A stretch of 64,000 nucleotides of DNA. Origin: Octopus sinensis (Eukaryota). A program made the position numbers and the translations under genes. How positions within the stretch are numbered: the first letter of the stretch is position 1; the number at the start of each line of letters is the position of its first letter. The notes under the pieces are model-generated. The model ran no database searches and was not told the origin of the DNA. It saw only the letters and a program-made list of their open reading frames with translations. The stretch covers positions 23,138,464 to 23,202,463 of the forward strand of contig NC_043011.1 in assembly GCF_006345805.1 (NCBI RefSeq), read 5' to 3'. Shown here in pieces: positions 25,260-37,065 of the stretch.

Positions 25260-25547
25260 TATAGTATATATATGTATATATATATATATGTATATATATA
25301 TATGTATATATATATATATGTATATATATAAATGTTGTATATATATATATTATATATATATATATGTATATAATATATATGTATATATATATATATTTAT
25401 ATAGTATATATGTATAATTATATATGTATAATAATATAAATAATATATATAGTATATATATAATATATGTATATATATATATATGTATATATATATTATA
25501 TGTATATATATATATATGTATAATTATATATGTATATAATATATATG

Positions 25548-25578
<31 letters not shown>

Positions 25579-25769
25579 GTATATATATATATGTATATAG
25601 TATATATATGTTATGATATATATATTGTATATATATATATATGTATATATATATATGTGTATATATATAATATATAACTTATATATATATGTTATATATA
25701 TATATGTATATATATATATATGTATATATAGATATATGTATATATATATAATATGTATATATATATATG

Positions 25770-25800
<31 letters not shown>

Positions 25801-26501
25801 GTATGGTATATATATATTGTATGTATATATATATATATGTATTTATGTATAATATTTATATGTATGTATATATATATATAATGTTATATATATATAGGTA
25901 TGTATAATATATATATATGTATGTATATATATATATGTATGGTATGTATTATATATATATGTATGTATATATATATATGTATGTATATATATATATATGT
26001 ATGTATATATTATATATGTATGTATATATATATGTATATGTATGTATATATATATGTATATGTATGTATATATATATGTTGTATATGTATATGTATATGT
26101 ATGTATATGTATATGTATATGTATTTATATGTATATGTATGTATATATATATGTATGTATATATATATGTATGTATATAATATGTATGTATATTATATGT
26201 ATGTATATATATATGTATGTATGTATATATGTATGTATGTATAATGTATGTATATGTATATATATATGTATATGTATATTATATGTATAGTATATATATA
26301 TATTGTATATATATATATATGTATGTATATATATATATGATGTATATAATATATATATATATGTATATATATATATATGTATTGTATATATATATATTAT
26401 GATATATATATATATGTAGTATATATATATATATGTATGTATATATATATATGTATTATGTATATTATATATATATATGTATGTATAGATATATATATGT
26501 G

Positions 26502-26536
<35 letters not shown>

Positions 26537-26890
26537 GTATGTATATATATATATATGTATATGTATGTATATATATATGTATATGTATGTATATATATAT
26601 GTATGTATATATATAGGTATATGTATGTATATGTATATGTATCATGTATGTATATGTATATGTATTATATATATAATGTATGTTATATATATGTATGTAT
26701 ATATATATGTATGTATATATATATGTTGTATATATCTATGTAGGTATGTATATATGTATGTATGTATATATGTGATGTATATATATATGTAATGGATATA
26801 TATATTATGTATTATATATAGATATTGTATGTATATGTTATTTATTATGTATTTTTATGTATATGTAGATATATTATATATGTATATATA
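24940..26890. repeat. About 1.9-kb degenerate (TA)n/(TATG)n microsatellite
   Basis: Almost pure A/T with interspersed G. The irregular units look like noisy long-read consensus. Confidence 0.95.
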
Positions 26891-26899
26891 TATATTATA

Positions 26900-28830
26900 T
26901 ATTTAAAAAAAGGAGATGTCGAACACGAGTGGTGATATATAAAAAAGGAAATGAAGAAAATGCTGACAAATAATTGAAGTAATTTAAATGAATTTATTAG
27001 GTGAAAGTTCTTTTTACCGGTTGCGCATTGTTATGCTTATCAAAATATAAAAGAGAGATTAGAGTCTGTCTCTTATATGTGAAAAAAGAGGCTCCAGAGT
27101 TGTTTTGGATTTGCTTGGTTTCGCGCCTAAAATTTTGATTGGTCATTATGAAGGGGTCACGTGAATGTTTGAATGGAAGTTGGTGTTGGGGTAGAAAAAG
27201 GCTCCAGAGAAGTTAAAATTTGGCTAGTGTCCCGCCTAAAATTTCTTTTTGGCCATAATAAAGAGGTCACGTGAATGTTTAGAATTTTCGAAAATAGTGT
27301 TGTTGAAGATTCTTATTGTTCAGGCTGGTCAGTAGACGTCATGTGGATATTTTAAATAGCTTTTTAGCGCGTAGTTAGGGAGTGTATTTTCCGCTTGACT
27401 GGATAAGTAAGTTCGTTTAGAACAGGGAGAGCTGTATGTTGTGTATGTGTGTGCGCGCGCGCGCGTGTGTGTGTTTATATGTATGTTGGGGCGCGCGCGT
27501 GTATATATGTGTATGTGTGTGGGTACAATTTTCAATATTTATAGTTCTGCTGGCCTTGTGCCTGTATCGGGAAGCAACGTATTTTGTGAAGTCAATATTT
27601 ACAGCCATTTCCAAAAAATAGTGTTGATGTTTTGCACCCGTATTCAATTATGTGTATGTGTGGAACCATATATTGTGTGTGTCATGGTGTTAATATCTGG
27701 GTAAAGGTGTGTGTAGGGTGTGTGCAGGTGTAAGTGTGTTTGTTGTGGGTTCGTGTTAGGGGCATGTGTTAGAAGTGGTCTGTATTTATTAATAAGGTGG
27801 GATTCCATGGTTATTCGCTGGGTATGAGTGGCATTGTCTTTAAATTTGTAGAGGGGAAAGATTCTAAAATTGGGATGGAGTTGTGCGGCACAGGTATCAA
27901 TATGTGCACTAAATGCTATTTTTCTATATTCCTGTATTTTTATTGGGATCTGTGGACAGTCATGCGTTGGCGGAGGCTATTTTTTGTTTGGCCTATGTAG
28001 TGTTCATTACAGCCCGAGCAAGTTAAGACATATACTAGGTTTTCTGATGCGCATGTGAAGTTGTGTTTTACTGTGAAACATTGTCCTTGTTTAAAAAGGA
28101 ATTCGGACCTTCTATTAGGTTGATGCATATACCACAGTTGGGTCTATTGCATTTGTTTACTGTGGGTTTAGTTGTTGTGGTTGGCAGTACTTTGGCATTT
28201 GTTAGGATGGTTTTCAATGATTTGGGTTGCCTTTTGCTCTTTATGATTTCGTGTGTTAGGAGGATTTGGTTCATTCTATGGTCCTTTTGTAATACAGTAA
28301 TGTTCTGGAGGATGGTGTCAAAAGCTTCATTGTTGAGGGGGTTGTGTGTAGAGATGTATGGTAGAGTGTGGGGTTTCGATGTAACAGGTTTAGGGCGTCT
28401 AAGTTCCTGCGTGCTGAGTTTTAGGGCGCGTTGGATCCCATTGTCAATTAGTGACGTGGGGTAATCCCTGCTTGTTAATGTGCCCTTGAGTTCTTGTAGA
28501 CGTAAGAGACGGGTGTTTTTATTGGAGACTATAGTGCAAATTCTCTTGGCTAAGTTGTAGGGAATGTTAATTTTAACGTGTCTAGGGTTACCCCAACACC
28601 AACTTCCATTCAAACATTCACGTGACCCCTTCATAATGACCAATCAAAATTTTAGGCGCGAAACCAAGCAAATCCAAAACAACTCTGGAGCCTCTTTTTT
28701 TCACATATAAGAGACAGACTCTAATCTCTCTTTTATATTTTGATAAGCATAACAAATGCGCAACCGGTAAAAAGAACTTTCACCTAATTAAATTACTTAA
28801 ATTACTTCAATTATTTGTCAGCATTTTCTT
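26900..28830 (-). mobile_element. 5'-truncated Penelope-like element (Cys-linker + GIY-YIG) with inverted terminal copy
   Basis: Minus strand from about 28589: KINIPYNLAKRICTIVS..SKRQPKSLKTILT..KCNRPNCGIC / FTCASENLVYVLTCSGCNEHYIGQTKNSLRQRMTVHRSQ / ..MESHLINKYRPLL. 28590-28830 is the reverse complement of 26940-27185. Confidence 0.92.
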
Positions 28831-28837
28831 CATTTCC

Positions 28838-28887
<50 letters not shown>

Positions 28888-29670
28888 TAATACATACATA
28901 TATATATTTATTTATTAATTATTCTCTCCTGTTAAAATGTGAGTTATATCCTGTTTCCACATAAAATAACAGATGGATTAAAGTATATAAACAGAGATAA
29001 TGCTTTCATGTATATTATGTGTGTCTTTTATGATGTGACACATCCTATGAAGCAATCTTTTGTCAAACATGTACAAATGAAGATTTGTTGAAGTGGCTTT
29101 TGAGGTTCATGACACGATTCAAAGAATCTAGGAAAAGAAAGTCACAGTGAAAAAATCTCACAGGAAAACGTCAAGATATTACCAATTGCTTTTGTTTTTT
29201 GTTTCATTGTTTTCAAGTAAGATATTGAATAAAACAGGATTCTTCCATATAACTGTACACGCTATCAATATTATAAATAAGTTATTTTCTCAGTAAGGTG
29301 GTCAGATGGCAGAATTGTTAGCACAACGGGGAAAATGCTTAGCAGCATTTCATCTGTCTCTGTGTTCTGAGTTCAAATTCCGCCAAGGTCAACTTTGCCT
29401 TTCATCTTTTCAGGGTTGATAAAATAAGTACCAGTTGAACACTGGGGTCACTATAATTGACTTACTCTCTCCCCCGAAATTTCTGGCCTTGTGCTAAAAT
29501 TTGAAATCAGTATTATAAAGTCGTCTTATGAGTCATTAAATGACTTTGAAATACTGTTTGATTATTTTACCATTTATGGTACTTGAATGCAATTGCAGCG
29601 TGGAAGGTGTTTATAAGCCATTTAAGAAACACACAAAAGCCGTTCGATTCACTTCAACATTTAAGTTTAA

Positions 29671-29723
29671 TTTGTCAAAATATTTTCGTCGCTAAAATCC
29701 GCGACCTGTTCACTGACAAAAAT
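29671..29723 (-). ncRNA. Minimal type I hammerhead ribozyme motif, G3-C8 variant (minus-strand copy)
   Basis: Exact reverse complement of 30431-30483. Confidence 0.65.
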
Positions 29724-29882
29724 ATATATATGTGTGTGTGTGCGTCTATACAAACATATATGTGAGTATGTATACAACCTTCAACAAAGTAACAGTCATG
29801 TACACAACTTGGACGGACACATGCCAGAACACGGACATACATTCACATACACATACATGCGTACGTATGTACATACACACAC

Positions 29883-29913
<31 letters not shown>

Positions 29914-30430
29914 CATACATACATACATACATACATACATACATACATACATACATACGCACGCACAATAGTAAAACAAAAGTTCTGTGATATAGAGATA
30001 AATATCTGATAATAGGTTTTAGGGTGTAGTTTTGGGAGTGAGGGTCGTAAATCACTTCCTAGTTTCGGCGGGGGGGAGGGGAGTTGAAATTTGATATTAT
30101 TGTGATGAGTGGTCACTCTACATCTATCCATCACTACAGGTTTATAGCTTTATGTTTATAGTGTGTATGTGCGTGCATATACACACACATACATATATAC
30201 ATACATACATGCATACACAGGGGTATGTCCGTCCGTCCGTCCGTCCGTCCGTCCATCCGTCCATCCGTCCGTCCATCCGTCCGTCCGTCCATCCATCCAT
30301 CCATCCATCCATCCATCCATCCATCCATCCATCCATCCATCCATCCATCCATCCATCCATCCATCCATCCATCGATCGATCGATCGATCGATCGATCGAA
30401 CTAACTGTTACTTTCTCAGATGCAGCATGG

Positions 30431-30483
30431 ATTTTTGTCAGTGAACAGGTCGCGGATTTTAGCGACGAAAATATTTTGACAAA
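30431..30483 (+). ncRNA. Minimal type I hammerhead ribozyme motif, G3-C8 variant
   Basis: UUUGUCA (stem I) GUGAACA (core 3-9) G, GUCGC-ggauuuua-GCGAC (stem II), GAA, AAU/AUU (loopless palindromic stem III), U17, UGACAAA (stem I). Confidence 0.65.
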
Positions 30484-32323
30484 TTAAACTTAAATGTTGA
30501 AGTGAATCGAACGGCTTTTGTGTGTTTCTTAAATGGCTTACAAACACCTTCCACGCTGCAATTGTTTTCGTTTCAGCACACGATCTCAGATCAAATTACT
30601 TGCTATGCGAGTACATCTCGGTACTTGAATGTTTGTCTCATTTTACTGACCTTTTTTCCCCAACTAAAATCATGACAATTTTTTATTTATTCTGTGGCTT
30701 TGTCTGTGTTCATCAGTTCAAAATATTTTAGTGAGCAATAGTTAAAAAGACAGAAGTACATAGCAGACACTGTTTTCATTATTGAACTTTACCATTCTTT
30801 AAAAAGTTTTGTGTACCTTTTTTTACTTGTTTGAGTCATTACACTGTGGCCATACTGGGGCCCTGCCTTGAAGAATTTATAGTCAGATAAATCGACCTCC
30901 TCAATACTTAATTTTGGAACTTATTCTATCAAACTGTTTTGCTGAACTGCTAAGTTATGGGGATGTAAATGCACCAACACCAGTTGTCAAGCAATGAGGG
31001 TGGGGATGGACAAACACAGACACAAAGATACACACAGATATGTTTGAATTTTCTTTCTAATGTAACCCACTCGCTAGAAAACGTATTTCTGCAAAATGTT
31101 GTCTTAAAATATGGGTATAGAAAAGTGGCTAATGCAATTTCGCCTCTCACCTACAAAAACGCATTTATTGGGGTTCCCGCCCTTTTTTCCGGAAAAGATT
31201 TTACTCACAATTCGTTATAATCGTAATGTACGCCTTTATATATAAAATTTCATTAAAATGAAAAACCCCAATTTCCTAAAAGTTATGAGGGAAAAACTCG
31301 GATCTTGTGAATTTTCCGAAGTCCACCCCCACTACCACCCGTTGCTTTCATCGCATTTTTGTTTTCATATTTGTTTCTTACATCTTTTTTTTTTTTTACA
31401 CGTTGCACTATTTGTTTTTTCGATTTCGTTTCCGGGTAATAATGTCTCATTAACCAAAAGAACACACTGTATAGTATAGTCTAGTCATTAATACACAATA
31501 GCTAAAAAGAAAATGGATGGCCACAATTGGGACGTCTTTTATCGTAACTTTGCTCGATAAGAATTGACAGCAAAAAAAAAAAAAAAATCGAATCGTATGT
31601 ATTATGAAACGAAATTAAAGGGAAGTAACTCTAGCAGTGAAAAAATTTGAAACTTAGGTTATAGAACTTCAACGAGAGGGCTTCTTCATGGCTGCTCAAT
31701 CAGCAAGAAATAGCTGCCAAATCTCTCACGAATTACACTGGAAATGTTGAGTAGTATAGTTCTTGAAAACGGGAGGGTCAAGGCTGGATTGCTTTTGCTC
31801 ATAGGCCTGTTCGATGAAGGCTACGCTACTCTGTTTCCCCACGTCTCACGCCTCATATTTCCGTTTCAAAGTAGGAAGGACTGTGTTGTTTAGCCTCATG
31901 CCCATCCTAATCTAGTATACTTATGATCAAAGGTATCCCACCACGATCATCCCATCTTTTTTTTCTTATGTACAGAGAACCAAGGACTATGTTATGTAGT
32001 GTTCCTTTACTAAGATGGTAGACTGTGAGTTGAAGGAAATTTGGGTGTTACTTCTAGCAGGTTAAACGATTTCATAGAGGCTTCCTCATTACCTTATGCA
32101 GTGTATGTCGATAGTACACAGCAGTGATGATATATGGTGGGGATAACATATGGAGGGGATAACATATGGAGTTAGTGGTGTGGAGGATAGTGATGATGGT
32201 AATGATTAAGTGATGGTAGTGGTGATGATGGTGATACTGATGGAGGTGATGATTCAGTCATATACATCTAACAAAACTGAATTTTAATTTTAATTAATTT
32301 TTTTTCCTACATTTTATTGACAG

Positions 32324-32494
32324 GAGCATTACTATCAACCATTATGGACGTTAGTTGGTGGAGGATTGAAAAAACTAAGCGATTCCAGGAGAACCATGGC
32401 TTCAGTGATACCACCAAACAGTGAATGGATTAACGATTCAGTTGTCGGCTTTAATCCAGACAAAAACTTTGTTACTCTCAAAGATGGCAGCAAG
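32324..32494 (+). CDS. SQOR: Sulfide:quinone oxidoreductase, visible exon 1 (171 nt, phase 0/0)
   Basis: ttgacag|EHYYQPLWTLVGGGLKKLSDSRRTMASVIPPNSEWINDSVVGFNPDKNFVTLKDGSK|gtataa; matches the SQOR HFYQPIWTLVGAG region. Confidence 0.95.
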
Positions 32495-34764
32495 GTATAA
32501 TGTTGTTTTCTTTTATGTTTGATAATGATTTACTTAAGCCCTTCATTCCCTATGAAACATCAGCTGTCAATGACACCCCCGCCCCTCACTGTCCTACATT
32601 CTAGGCTGGCTTTTCTGCTTCTCTGTAATTGGATCCCTGCTTTTTTCAGCACTACCTCACCATTTTGCTTCCTGCTATTTTTAAAGTATATGTTTCCCTA
32701 AAAGAAGACCTTCTTCTCCCAGGCTTTGTTGGTTTTGAATTGTAATCAATGCTTCTTTAACTTTGCTTTATTCTACATAGGATGTTGGCCCTATGCAAAT
32801 CCATTTTTATCTCTGGGAAGAGATGGTCTGTATTAGTCGAGCATCTGTCCTTTGACCTGTTCAGCATTGGAGACCATACTAGGAGCTTGTGTTCTGACTC
32901 TCAGGGTCATTGAGGTATACAAGCCACAGCACTGCAACAAGGGCTGGAACTAATGCTGGACATTTAATAATACAAATGTATAATTTCAAAAGTTAATCAA
33001 ATGATACAAAATATCAGCTTCAAAGCTGCTTTATTGAGCCTCAGAATTTTTTCTTTTTCAATCAACTTTACTTTTAAGTTAAACTAATGTTGACAAATTT
33101 AATGTTGTCTTTGAATGGCTGCAGCTGAGATGCATTCTACTAAGCCACACTAAGTCTTGGAAGGTCCTCCATTTCATCTTATGTATTTCTGCCAATAATA
33201 TTACTGTAGTTGAGTGATTTTCATCCTCTGTTAGGGTTTGGATGTCTCCAAAATACATCTGATATTGCCTGTTGTCCAGCATGACAGCAGTGACTAGCAA
33301 AGCTTACCCTGCATTGAGCAACAGTAGTAGAGATGAATGGAATGTGTCTGTAAATCTCTTCTTTTATTTTGTGCTCATACCGTGAGATGTTTAGAGCCTC
33401 CATACGATGTCTAGTCTATGTATCCTCAAGATATTTAACATAGCAAGCATGAAGAAGATAATTAAAAATAATTAGATAATAATTATAAAGAAGAGACATT
33501 AGCTCAATCATTAATAGTTTTCTAATAATTTCAGCTAGTAAGGGAGAATATATTGGACATGTTCTAGTCTTATCAACTCTCCTCAGATGAGCATTAGCTT
33601 CACCATACATTACTATTAATGCTAAATTCAGTGAAGAAAATAGCTCAGAGCTTGAACTGAACCATTGACCCACGTAGTTCAGAAATTTCATCTCATCAAA
33701 GCTACTTTAGTTTACTGTTTTGTTTTAGGTGTTTTATTTATACTTTTTTTGTTGTTATTTATTGGTCCTTGATTAGGAAGTTTTACAAATTTTGAGAAAA
33801 AAACTTGTGTATTGTTGGAGTATCTAATATCTTTACAGCTGGATAACTTACCTCACTTTAACCTGCTCAACTGTGAAGTCAAAGTGAAACATTTTTGTTC
33901 AAACTTAATGACGCAGATTATCTTTCACAAAAACACAAAAAACATTATAATTAATGGCTCAGCATACGTTCATTAATTAATTAAGCGATAAACTTTTAAG
34001 GCCATTAATAGTTTCAAGTTTTCGTTCAAGGCCAACGTTTTGAGAGGAGGGTGGGATAACTCAATTGCACCGTTCCCAGTACTGGAGTTGGCACTTTATT
34101 TTATTCAAACCTGAAAGGATGAAAGGCAAAGTTAACCTCTGCCGTATTTGAACTTAGGATGTAAAGAGCTGGAAGAAATGCTACAAAGCATTTATTCAGA
34201 TGCTCTTAACAATTCTGCCTGCTCACCACCTTATCACTACCATTAACAATATTTGTATTGGTAAGGTGACAAGCTGGCAGAATCATTAACACACTGAGTA
34301 AAATGCTTAGTGGCATTCCGTCCATCTTTATGTTCTGAGTCCAAATTCTGCTGAGGCCAACATTGCTTTTCAATCTTTCGGGGTTGATAAAATAAGTACT
34401 AGTTGAGCACTGGGGTTGATGTAATTGATTTACTCCCACCCCCAAAATTACTGGCCTTGTGCCAAAACTTGAAATCAGCATTTGTTTTGGGAACATGACA
34501 GACTAATTGCTAAATGGATTCTAAATTAGGATGTTCCAATTTTCAAGGAGGAAGTATATTATGGAACATACTTCCTAACACAAATTTGATATAGGGTAAC
34601 AATTTACTTTGAAAAGATGCAGTTACTGGAGTGGTAATTATTATGTGTACTTAATTAAAAATGAACAACAACAGCAAGAATGCCATTATCATCATCTCCA
34701 CTACCATCACCATTGCCATCGCCACCACTGCCGCCACTACCACCACCATCACCATCACCACCAC

Positions 34765-34802
<38 letters not shown>

Positions 34803-35805
34803 CATATTCCAATATTTTCTATCTTTTTTTACTCGTTTCAGCCTTGTTGAGGCACAGCCTGGAAGTGTATAGTCAATCAAATTCACCATAGTACCTATTT
34901 TTTAAATCTGGAACTATTTTATTCACTGCATTTGTTGAACCTCTGACATAAAGATGCTGACACCAGTTTTCAAACAGTGACAGTAAGGTGGCAGAGTCAA
35001 ACATGTACACATATAAAATAGACACATACAGATATATAACAGTCTTCCATACAGTTTCCATCTATCAGATTTACTCCTACAACATGGACTGACTAAGTCA
35101 GACCTGATTAAGTAGACTGATAATCATAGCCATTCTTGCAGTGACTGACTGATCACTTGATTTTCCTGTTTGTTACTCGGTGAAGGAAAACTACCATTCA
35201 GAGTTTACTTGGTGCTGATATCAGTAAAAAGTATTCTTGATATCTACTGTATTACTAGACATCATTAATCCTTTTTGCTAAAGGCACAAGGCCTGAAATT
35301 TTAGGGGATGCAGGGTTAGTCGATTACATTGACCCCTGTGTTTCACTAGTATTTAATTTATTGACTCTGAAAGGATGAAAGACAAAGTCAACCTCGGTAG
35401 AATTTGAACTTAGAACGTTAAGATGGACAAAATGCCATTAAACATTTTGCCCGGGTTGCTAATGATTCTTATTTCTTTATTGCCCACAAGGGGCTAAACA
35501 TAGAGGGGACAAACAAGGACAGACAAAGGGATTAAGTCGATTACATTGACCCCAGTGCATAACTGGTACTTAATTTATCGACGCCGAAAGGATGAAAGGC
35601 AAAGTCGATCTTGGTGGAATTTGAACTCAGAACATAGCGGCAGACGAAATACCGCTAAGCATCTCGCCTGGCTTGCTAACGTTTCTGCCAGCTTACCACC
35701 TTATTACCAGATATCAATAATGCTAGTAACAGTTACATTTAAAAGCCCACCATATGAATTACTATTTGTTTCTGATGAAAACATTTGAATTTTCTTCTAT
35801 TTCAG

Positions 35806-35859
35806 GTTCATTATGAATATTTGGTGCTTGCCTTAGGTTTACAACTAAACTTTCACTTG
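35806..35859 (+). CDS. SQOR: SQOR visible exon 2 (54 nt, 0/0)
   Basis: tttcag|VHYEYLVLALGLQLNFHL|gtaagc. Confidence 0.93.
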
Positions 35860-36722
35860 GTAAGCATAATATCTTTCTATTTTCATATACATTTAGACTT
35901 TCAAATAATATGTTTCAGTTTAGCGCTTATAATACCAACTTATACTAATATTGCTTCTAGTTCTCTGATTAAAAACTGTTTGTTCACCATTATCTTTTAA
36001 CCCTTTAGCATACAGATTACTCTGTCAAATAAAGGGTAAAGGCTGCCTTTGGTCATGAATGACCATGGGAAGTACCTAGAAAGTTCCCCTCCGGGGCACA
36101 AGTCCTAGCAAGGTTGTTTGTGGAAGACCAGCAGTCGCCCATGCATACAAACTTTCTCTTTCCATGTCACTGATGTTATCCAAGAGAAAAGCAAAAGCCG
36201 ATACAGCTTGGCACCAGGGATGTCACAACTCATTTCTACAGCTGAGTGAACTGGAGCAATATAAAATAAAGTGTCTTGCTCAAGAACACAACACTCAGCC
36301 CGGTCCAGGAATCGAACTCACTACCTCATGATTGTGAGCACCAACGCTCTAACCACTGAGCCATGTGCCTTCACACTACAGATATAATGTATACTTATTC
36401 GCATTTAAAAAAAATTAATCATGTAATATATTGTAGCTTAGAGATTTTGAAAATGTAATTATTTACTTTTAGAATAACATTGCAGGGTTAATGTCCACTT
36501 TTTCATGCATGCCTGGGTCAGATGGAATTTGTTGAGTCAGAGTGTCTGATTATATATTTAACCCTACTTGATCACAAAGGATCTGAGTGGGGATGGAGCC
36601 AATCATGTGCACACACACACACACATGTATACACACACATGTATACACACACATGTATACACACACATGTATACACACACATGTATACACACACACATGT
36701 ATACACACACACATGTATATAT

Positions 36723-36789
<67 letters not shown>

Positions 36790-36891
36790 GGAGTAAACAC
36801 ATAAATGTGAAACAAGGTGGAAAAAAGAGTACTCAAATACCAGTGGTAGAATAATATGCTTTATTTTAAGCAGCAGAAAATTCAACAAAAT

Positions 36892-36929
36892 CTGTTACTC
36901 TGAGTTTCTCGTTGCCGTTCATCAGACAG
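36892..36929 (-). ncRNA. Minimal type I hammerhead motif (minus-strand copy)
   Basis: Exact reverse complement of 36945-36982. Confidence 0.7.
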
Positions 36930-36944
36930 TTTTTCTAGCAAAAA

Positions 36945-36982
36945 CTGTCTGATGAACGGCAACGAGAAACTCAGAGTAACAG
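36945..36982 (+). ncRNA. Minimal type I hammerhead motif
   Basis: CUGU CUGAUGA ACG-gcaa-CGA GAA ACUC-a-GAGU A ACAG: canonical CUGAUGA/GAAA core and GUA cleavage triplet, but an A-A mismatch at the base of stem II. Confidence 0.7.
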
Positions 36983-37014
36983 ATTTTGTTGAATTTTCTG
37001 CTGCTTAAAATAAA

Positions 37015-37065
<51 letters not shown>

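Larger units (their letters stand above)
29590..30619 (+). mobile_element. Non-coding hammerhead-bearing PLE-derived insertion with 134-bp inverted repeat and 12-bp TSD
   Basis: GGTACTTGAATG at 29578-29589 and 30620-30631. 29590-29723 is the reverse complement of 30431-30564 with one mismatch. The interior is mostly microsatellite, with no credible ORF. Confidence 0.85.
36787..37015. mobile_element. Minimal PLE pLTR insertion forming a perfect 76-bp hairpin
   Basis: 36859-36934 is the exact reverse complement of 36940-37015 (loop ctagc). It is flanked by (TA)n on both sides and belongs to the same family as 23220-23365. Confidence 0.88.

Noticed and set aside
25096-26792. Many long Y/I/M/V/C-rich ORFs (also at 8952-9279, 29732-30487, 36522-36888, 39115-39509 and 49277-50639)
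   Set aside because: They are translations of (TA)n, (TATG)n, (CA)n and (ATCC)n microsatellites, which lack stops in some frames; no coding signal.
34609-34891. Poly-His / poly-Ile ORFs (also 46987-47391)
   Set aside because: (CAT/CAC)n microsatellite in a SQOR intron, without splice context or homology.
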